A stretch of DNA of 64,000 nucleotides from a virus (Duplodnaviria > Caudoviricetes), in IMG/VR virus record IMGVR_UViG_3300021431_004524, positions 32,001-96,000 of that record; one strand, written 5' to 3'. Shown one piece after another: positions 57,166 to 64,000 of the stretch. The notes beneath the pieces are model-generated. The model did no database searches. It was not told the DNA's origin and saw only the letters and a list, made by a program, of their open reading frames with translations. A program made the position numbers and the translations under genes. The first letter of the stretch is position 1, and the number at the start of each line of letters is the position of its first letter.

Positions 57166-60100
57166 ATGGCAGAGGGTTATAAATCTTACAGGATAAGGAC
57201 AAAAGTCGGTCAGGACGCACCAAATGTGGTAAATGTACACCTTGACCAAACATATGACGAGTTTCAGATTCTATCATTGAAGATAGACCAAAAAAATAGT
57301 TACAATTTATATCAATCTGATAAAGGTATCATCGTTGGTCGTGTATTAGCCAATGGTGGTGTCGGTGTGTCAAACGCCAAGGTTTCAATCTTTATTGAAA
57401 CTGATGATACAATGAGTTTGGATAAACATATCATATATCCTTATTCATCTGTTAATGATACAAATGATGATAGAGTAAGATACAATCTCCTGCCGGATTA
57501 TGTAGATGAGACTTGCCATCAGAATGTAGGTACATTCCCAAATAAGAGATACGTGCTTGATAATGATGATGTTATTGAGGTTTTTGATAAGTTTTGGAAG
57601 TATACAACAGTAACGAATACCGCCGGTGACTATATGCTTTATGGAATACCAACAGGTAATCACACCTTACACATGGATGTTGACTTATCTGATATTGGCT
57701 TATTAAGCCAGAAGCCACGTGACCTTGCTTATAAAGGGTTTAACATTAACTTATTTGAAAGCCCTACAAAATTCAAACAAGACACTAATCTTAATAGTCT
57801 TGCTCAAATTAAATCACAAGATATCGGTGTATTTGTCTATCCTTTCTGGGGCGACAGCACCGATAATTCAGATAATATTGCCGTAACACGTTGTGATATA
57901 CAGATTGACTATAAATTTGAACCTACTTGTGTGTTTATTGGCTGTATCATAACTGATACCGGCAGTAATGCAATCGGAAAGAATTGTGCAGGTACTGATA
58001 ATGTAGGTAAAATGTCTGATTTGGTTGCCGGTGAAGGGTCTATTGAAATGATTCGTAAGACCATTGATAACAAGGTTGAGGAATTTCAGATTAAAGGAAA
58101 TCGTGTAATTGACGGTGATGGTGTATGGTGCTATCAGATACCAATGAATCTTGACTATGTAATGACGGATGAATTTGGTAATCTTGTACCGACGGATAAT
58201 CCTGATAAGGGTATTCCTACAAGGACACGTGTAAGATTTAGAGTTTCATTGGATGACCCACCCAGTGATAATACCGCACGTAAGAGATGTAAATATCTTG
58301 TACCTAACAACCCAAGATTGGATGAAGATAGATTCCCTGTATTTACTGCTGATGAAATGCATGAACCTGACTATGAATTTGGCAGTAATACAAGGGAAGA
58401 GAGTTTCTGTGACTTGTTTTGGAATAAAGTCTATACAGTTAAGAACTATATTCCTAGAATACAGAAAAATACCAAAATTACAAATAGAAAACATACTGGT
58501 ATAAAATTAATAAACCATTATGGCGATAATAATCCAATGCCATATAATAATCTGAGTATCAAATTGTCATTCACATACAGATTTATATGTGTACTTACAA
58601 AGATATTCATTTTGTTGGTTGGCTTCTTGAACAATATAATTACAATACTTGGTGCAATACCTTGTAAGATTGCGGATTTCTTCAGAAGTATTGCTGATTT
58701 CTTTAATTTTAAGATACTTGGATGGAGACCTCTTGGGGTTGTTGCAAGTATGTTTGAGGCTGTTGCAAAAGTTTTCGACTTATTAACACCTCCTTGTATT
58801 GCGATTTCTTCTGAGTTTTGTACCGAAGATGTTACACACGCATATACATTCTATCCTGGATGCGGTAGAAAAGGCTTGGCAAATGTAATAGGTCCGTTGG
58901 CGGATTGTGTATGGGATAAAACACAAGAGAGACATTATGATGATATGCGTGATGTAAAACAAGAGGATAAGACAGAACCTATAAATAATGACTCAGAGTT
59001 GTATAATTGTGTTGAATCGCAATTGGCAGAAGATAATGATGCAACATCTTTCAACTTCCAAAATGACTGGATAAATGGTACACTTTATTCTCCATTATGG
59101 TATAGGAAGATAACACCAAAGCGAAGTTTCTTGTTTGGGCTGTTTAAACGTAGTGCGAAAGATGAGTGGTGTTCTGCTGACCATGCATACAATGGATTGG
59201 TAAGAATTTTCCACCCTTGTGCGGTTAAGCGTGACGGAACTGCAAAATATACAACACATGATGGTAAATCTGGGCAAGAAGCAAAATATATGAGTGGAAG
59301 TCCTGGATGTAGTGATGACTGTCATGAAAATAAGACAATCATTGGACTTAACAATGGTGTTATAAGAACTAAACAGACCATGTTAGGGCAGACCGTATAT
59401 TATTATAAACCTGTTGAATATGAGACTATTAAACAAGAAGGCGATGGCATAAGAAAAGAAGGAAATTATAACGGTGCTTTAAAACTTCTTTTTGCTACAG
59501 ATATTGTATTGCTTGGAAGTCTTAATGATTGTGACTTGAATGGTGTTCCACAATTCTTCAAATCTCTTGAATCAAGTACATATAAATTACCGCCTAACAT
59601 GTTGTTTACAGATAACAACATGGTTCAGAGTTTCAATGAAGACGGAACTATATCAACTCGTTTTGACCAAGTTAGCACAAGTGAAATGACTGGAAATGAC
59701 TGGGGCAATAGAAATGACGATATGTGTGGTGAACCTGATGGCGGTTTATTCTATGACATTGGCTGCTCTTCAATTGAAATGATACCTAAGTCATGTATTA
59801 ATCTTTTAAGGATATGTGAATTTGGTGTTTCATTGGATGAAACCAAACAAGTACCTAATTTGAAAAATGTTGAGGATTCTGGCGATAATGCATTTGAAAC
59901 ATTGGTACCTGATGGCTTTATTTCAAAGGACGAACTGTATAATGATAATGAACGTAGTATGTTTGCTACGATGAACGGTAATGAGTTATTAACAAAATTG
60001 AATACAGAAAATGGCTTGAAAGAATATGATTTCAGACATTTGTATGTTGATAATTTTGATAATTCATTGTTTTCCGCAATGTCTTTAAGACAGAAGAAAT

Positions 60101-63100
60101 GTTCAGAATATACCTATACAAATAACTGGAAACTTGAAAGCTTCAGTGCCGGATACTATGATTTTAGAATGGGTAAAAGACCTTATTTCTATGATAAAGA
60201 AAATAGGTTCCCAAGATATGAAAATTCATTCTATTTCTATTTCGGCCTAAAAGTTGGAAAAACGGCTATTGATAAGTTTAATAGTCAATTCTTTGCTGAA
60301 TGCTATAATTCAGAAGATGCAGTAAGTCCTATACGTATCGAAGTTAAAGGTAATTCATGGTGTTCTGAGATTAACGATGGTAAAATTAATGAGGGCGAAA
60401 ATAAAAAAAATGATGGTTTTGTTAAAATAGACCTTTCTGAAGTATCGTTACCTTGTGACATATTGATACAAGATGTTGAAAACGGTGACTTTGAATTTGT
60501 GGCTAAGGGTATTAATGATGAAAAAATCATAATTGCAAATAAAGATGTGGCTCGACAATATGAAAATACACACAAACAAGTGTGTATGACAAGGAAAATA
60601 AGGAAAAAAGATTACGGAAGAATATGCTCATTGGATAATAGCAAATATACAATGACGGTTACTGATTCAGAAGGTGAAATAATAACAGTAGATTTTGAAT
60701 TATATGCACCTTATCTTAAGTATGATGTTGAACCAACCAATTTCAAGAAACCTGAGAATGTGCTTTTGAACATGTTTAAAAATAGATATGACATTGCTAC
60801 ATACAAAACTGATTCTGGACGTGGAATTGGTGGAACAATTGCCATCTATAATATTGTGGATGGACTTAGTGGCGATGATTTATTTTTCTATGATATTGAT
60901 ATAGTTCCAATTAATAAGATAGATGGTTTAAAAAATGAGAACGACGAAGATATAAAATATGAAGTAAAAGTAAAAGTACGTAATGGTAAAATTGTTGAAT
61001 CTTCTGTTTATTTAGTCCATAGTGATTTAAGTGAGAAACGGTTCATTTTTGGTGTTCCTAAAGGTGATGAACGTTATAAGATTACCGTTACACAATATTG
61101 TGAATGGACCGGCACCGACGGTATTACTTATTATTATGATACTAATAACAAATATACCCACACTGTTTATATTGGTGATATGACACCTTATAAATTATAT
61201 ATAGGAAATGTTGTAGACTATGATGTAATTAGCCACTGGGGAACAGGTTATGAGTTAATAGAAGACATTGACAAAAAGGATTTTGATACGCATAAAGTTG
61301 AACTTAATGGAAGCGGTACATATTTTGATAATAGTAAATTCAGTGATAACTGGCTTCATATTTCTGATGCTGACGGCAGCAGTAATGGTAAACCACGTTA
61401 TTATTGGGATAAACTTATATCATATCAGAAATGTCTTAAAAAGATAAATAGTGACTTGAAAAACGGTAATTCAAATGAAAAATATTTTCCATTTAGAACG
61501 GCTAAATCTATTATTACTATTAGTGAATATATAAGGCCTGAAAATGTTAAAACAAATGATAACATACCTTATTTGGACGGTATTTTACTTAATGAATTCT
61601 TGAAGGAATTTATAAAGCGGTTAAATGATGATATTGATGATTTAAAAAACAAGTCGAATGGAAGTATAGATATAGAACAAGAAGATGCTATAAATATAAT
61701 GGAAGATATTATTCAGATGTGTGAGAAAATTATGGAAATAAAAGAAGAATTTATCATACAGATGAAATCGAATTTCTGGTTAACATGCCAAGAAGAGAGT
61801 AAAACAATCACATTTAGAGCGACAACAGACGATATGCCGGTAGGATTCTATATTGCACATCGTTCTGAGCGTTCATCCGATGATGGAAATTATAATGTAT
61901 TGGAATATAGACCAAGTGGGGAATTATATTTTTCATTTAATGAGGAAAGAAGAATTAGTGATATTACAATTCCATCATTAACCATAAGAAGTAGTGAAAA
62001 TTATGGTATTGATTTAATTCCAATTGCTGCTGATGAAAAACAAAAATATATTGTTCAAGATGAAGTATCGTTAGCTTTGGATAATAAATCTAATTTTAAA
62101 TTAAGTAATAGACAGAAATATGCGTTTTTTGTCGGTGTTATTAATTCTGCTGAACAGGTTAAGAAAAATCCACTTGACCGTAATGATGATGAAATGATTC
62201 CAAACGGAGATTCAATCCCGACTGGTATAAAGGATAAAGAATGGTATGAACCGAATACAAGTAAATTATTTGGCTTCCATGTACTTGATAAAATTATGAA
62301 TGTTGATTATATATCATGGGCTTATATTAATGGAATACCATATTTTGAGCCTAATGATGCCGAAAAAAACGGACACACTGTTATCTCAAGCGGTTTGTTT
62401 GCTGCTAATATGCACAATGGTGTCGCAAAAAAAATTAATAGTGATACTTCAACAGAATTTACTTTAACAGAATTTGAAATCCAAAAAGTTGGAGGATATA
62501 ATATGGAAATCGTTACAATTAATGATGAGGATTCAATGCCAACACAACGTTATATAAGCGGTTCTACAGAAGGTTCTACAGGTGCCCCAAGTTTTTATTT
62601 TAATTGGAGAAACTACACTGTTGATAGTTTATTTGAACCAACAAAATCACAAGGTGGTAAGACGGCCCAATATGTACCACTTTTGCCTGTTACATCAATT
62701 ATGGAAATTGAAGATTCTTCGTATTGTGATATATCAGAAGAAATATATGGTGGTATGACAATTAATTTGTTGGATGATTCTGTTAATAATTGTGAAGACC
62801 GAAGTCAGAATATTATACATGTAACGGCAAATAATAGTTCTGATGATGTGGTTTATTTCGTTTATAACGTTGAAACACATCCTTATCCGTTAAATCATTT
62901 TAATTTACCGGGAGAAAATGATTGGCTTAATACTATGACTAAAGAAATCAAAAAAGGTGATGTAATTAGTAGTGAAGAAGAAGAAAAATATAAAACATAT
63001 AAAATTTTTGGCATTTCAAACACTAAAGAGGTTCTTGTTGCGGAGTCGGCAAAAAAAGAAATAGGATTTGGTAATTATATTCCCATTTTTGGGACAGAAC

Positions 63101-64000
63101 TTCAAGACGACAATGGTGAAAATGTAAGTGTATGTGATTATTTTGGTATTGAATGTGGGGATAATGAAGACTTACGGAATTTTTATAATGGTTCTACAAT
63201 TGGGTCAACAGGTTTGTTTAAGAATGGTGAGAGCACGGTAAGAATAAAAACACCGTTTGGTTATATAACAACCACAGTTACGACAACTTTCAACGGTAAC
63301 ATATATATTGTTGCTGTAACAAAAAATAATTGTCGTGCAATATCACCGGTTTACTCTTTTGCTGATATATATGGCGGTATGGAGTTAGCTATTATTACGT
63401 CAAAAGTGGAGGATGGCACAGAGGAAATCGAGACTGATGAACAAGAAGTAGATGAATACGGTAATCCAATGCGTGACGATGATGGGAATTATATAATGAA
63501 AAAAGAAACTGTAATGAAGTATAAAACCGTTGATGAATATAAACTTGGTTTTCGTATAACGAATGTTAAAGATTTATACTATTTTAATAATTTTCCATAT
63601 GATTTTGAAGTCGTGGAGTGTAAAATAGATGAGCAACATAACATAACCGGTAGTGGTACATTAGCTGGAGAAGAATACTTATACATTAATATTGATGAAA
63701 TCACATATGGCTTGGTTAAAAATTATATAGGAAATATTTTGCAACGTATGGCATTGGCAAAAAGGGTTGAAATGGTTGCGACAGATTATACCGGTTTGAG
63801 GCATAGATTCCGTCCAAATATATCAAGTGAAGAAATTAAACGTTTCATGGTAATATTTGATTTAAATGGCGGATATTGGTCAGAAGATGAAACAGATAAT
63901 GCTAACCGTTCATATTATTGCATAAATGAATACAGTATTACATTAGGAACGCCATATTATCCTAATAGAAAATTCCTTGGGTGGTCTGAAAATAAGTCTG
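57166..64000 (+). CDS. Very large virion structural protein (>2270 aa, runs off the window); absent from the ORF track
   Basis: ATG 57166 MAEGYKSYRIRTKVG...; carboxypeptidase-regulatory-like GRVLANGG.GV.NAKVSIF and TTVTN..GDYMLYGIPTG; InlB-B-like repeat at the window end (VIFDLNGG...TP..PNRKFLGWS). No in-frame stop is implied, since no closed ORF is listed in the track. Confidence 0.8.
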   Translation, partial: MAEGYKSYRIRTKVGQDAPNVVNVHLDQTYDEFQILSLKIDQKNSYNLYQSDKGIIVGRVLANGGVGVSNAKVSIFIETDDTMSLDKHIIYPYSSVNDTNDDRVRYNLLPDYVDETCHQNVGTFPNKRYVLDNDDVIEVFDKFWKYTTVTNTAGDYMLYGIPTGNHTLHMDVDLSDIGLLSQKPRDLAYKGFNINLFESPTKFKQDTNLNSLAQIKSQDIGVFVYPFWGDSTDNSDNIAVTRCDIQIDYKFEPTCVFIGCIITDTGSNAIGKNCAGTDNVGKMSDLVAGEGSIEMIRKTIDNKVEEFQIKGNRVIDGDGVWCYQIPMNLDYVMTDEFGNLVPTDNPDKGIPTRTRVRFRVSLDDPPSDNTARKRCKYLVPNNPRLDEDRFPVFTADEMHEPDYEFGSNTREESFCDLFWNKVYTVKNYIPRIQKNTKITNRKHTGIKLINHYGDNNPMPYNNLSIKLSFTYRFICVLTKIFILLVGFLNNIITILGAIPCKIADFFRSIADFFNFKILGWRPLGVVASMFEAVAKVFDLLTPPCIAISSEFCTEDVTHAYTFYPGCGRKGLANVIGPLADCVWDKTQERHYDDMRDVKQEDKTEPINNDSELYNCVESQLAEDNDATSFNFQNDWINGTLYSPLWYRKITPKRSFLFGLFKRSAKDEWCSADHAYNGLVRIFHPCAVKRDGTAKYTTHDGKSGQEAKYMSGSPGCSDDCHENKTIIGLNNGVIRTKQTMLGQTVYYYKPVEYETIKQEGDGIRKEGNYNGALKLLFATDIVLLGSLNDCDLNGVPQFFKSLESSTYKLPPNMLFTDNNMVQSFNEDGTISTRFDQVSTSEMTGNDWGNRNDDMCGEPDGGLFYDIGCSSIEMIPKSCINLLRICEFGVSLDETKQVPNLKNVEDSGDNAFETLVPDGFISKDELYNDNERSMFATMNGNELLTKLNTENGLKEYDFRHLYVDNFDNSLFSAMSLRQKKCSEYTYTNNWKLESFSAGYYDFRMGKRPYFYDKENRFPRYENSFYFYFGLKVGKTAIDKFNSQFFAECYNSEDAVSPIRIEVKGNSWCSEINDGKINEGENKKNDGFVKIDLSEVSLPCDILIQDVENGDFEFVAKGINDEKIIIANKDVARQYENTHKQVCMTRKIRKKDYGRICSLDNSKYTMTVTDSEGEIITVDFELYAPYLKYDVEPTNFKKPENVLLNMFKNRYDIATYKTDSGRGIGGTIAIYNIVDGLSGDDLFFYDIDIVPINKIDGLKNENDEDIKYEVKVKVRNGKIVESSVYLVHSDLSEKRFIFGVPKGDERYKITVTQYCEWTGTDGITYYYDTNNKYTHTVYIGDMTPYKLYIGNVVDYDVISHWGTGYELIEDIDKKDFDTHKVELNGSGTYFDNSKFSDNWLHISDADGSSNGKPRYYWDKLISYQKCLKKINSDLKNGNSNEKYFPFRTAKSIITISEYIRPENVKTNDNIPYLDGILLNEFLKEFIKRLNDDIDDLKNKSNGSIDIEQEDAINIMEDIIQMCEKIMEIKEEFIIQMKSNFWLTCQEESKTITFRATTDDMPVGFYIAHRSERSSDDGNYNVLEYRPSGELYFSFNEERRISDITIPSLTIRSSENYGIDLIPIAADEKQKYIVQDEVSLALDNKSNFKLSNRQKYAFFVGVINSAEQVKKNPLDRNDDEMIPNGDSIPTGIKDKEWYEPNTSKLFGFHVLDKIMNVDYISWAYINGIPYFEPNDAEKNGHTVISSGLFAANMHNGVAKKINSDTSTEFTLTEFEIQKVGGYNMEIVTINDEDSMPTQRYISGSTEGSTGAPSFYFNWRNYTVDSLFEPTKSQGGKTAQYVPLLPVTSIMEIEDSSYCDISEEIYGGMTINLLDDSVNNCEDRSQNIIHVTANNSSDDVVYFVYNVETHPYPLNHFNLPGENDWLNTMTKEIKKGDVISSEEEEKYKTYKIFGISNTKEVLVAESAKKEIGFGNYIPIFGTELQDDNGENVSVCDYFGIECGDNEDLRNFYNGSTIGSTGLFKNGESTVRIKTPFGYITTTVTTTFNGNIYIVAVTKNNCRAISPVYSFADIYGGMELAIITSKVEDGTEEIETDEQEVDEYGNPMRDDDGNYIMKKETVMKYKTVDEYKLGFRITNVKDLYYFNNFPYDFEVVECKIDEQHNITGSGTLAGEEYLYINIDEITYGLVKNYIGNILQRMALAKRVEMVATDYTGLRHRFRPNISSEEIKRFMVIFDLNGGYWSEDETDNANRSYYCINEYSITLGTPYYPNRKFLGWSENKS

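Noticed and set aside
230-60575. Numerous 60-160 aa antisense or alternate-frame ORFs in the track
   Set aside because: They lie wholly within well-supported genes, lack motifs, and look like shadow ORFs.
1-64000. Stop-codon reassignment (TAG or TGA recoding as in some gut jumbo phages)
   Set aside because: Long genes translate intact in the standard code with high coding density, and TAG/TGA terminate genes at sensible positions.
1-64000. CRISPR array, tRNA or rRNA genes
   Set aside because: No regularly spaced repeats or cloverleaf-like sequences seen, and intergenic gaps are short. Checked by eye only.

Overview
A 64-kb segment of a large (probably jumbo) T4-like myovirus with a contractile tail. 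The host is most likely an anaerobic Bacteroidota (Prevotella/Bacteroides-like): there are repeated TTTG-N19/20-TAnnTTTG promoters, no Shine-Dalgarno sites, a Bacteroidetes-type secreted protein and a class III RNR. The standard genetic code reads cleanly. Virion genes (neck gp13/14/15-like, sheath, tube, tail chaperone, tape measure, baseplate hub/wedge, a >2270-aa ORF running off the right end) are interleaved with replication and nucleotide genes (family B DNA polymerase, DEDDh exonuclease, SNF2 helicase, gp32-like SSB, thymidine kinase, RecA/UvsX, 5'-3' exonuclease, DnaB-like helicase, NrdD/NrdG). Highlights: (1) the DNA polymerase is fractured inside catalytic motif C by a naturally split Ser1/Thr+1 intein; the two halves each have a promoter and flank a free-standing endonuclease gene; (2) two paralogous endonucleases are built from arrays of variable Zn-ribbon repeats, a PD-(D/E)xK domain and a Mom/GNAT-like domain; (3) a ferredoxin-thioredoxin-reductase-like gene sits between nrdD and nrdG; (4) promoter motifs recur inside hairpins at early/late gene boundaries, with a candidate late motif TATTTAT; (5) a class 3 intein in the helicase; (6) strong CCGG enrichment with near absence of GATC. 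All family assignments come from motif recognition by eye; no database searches were run.
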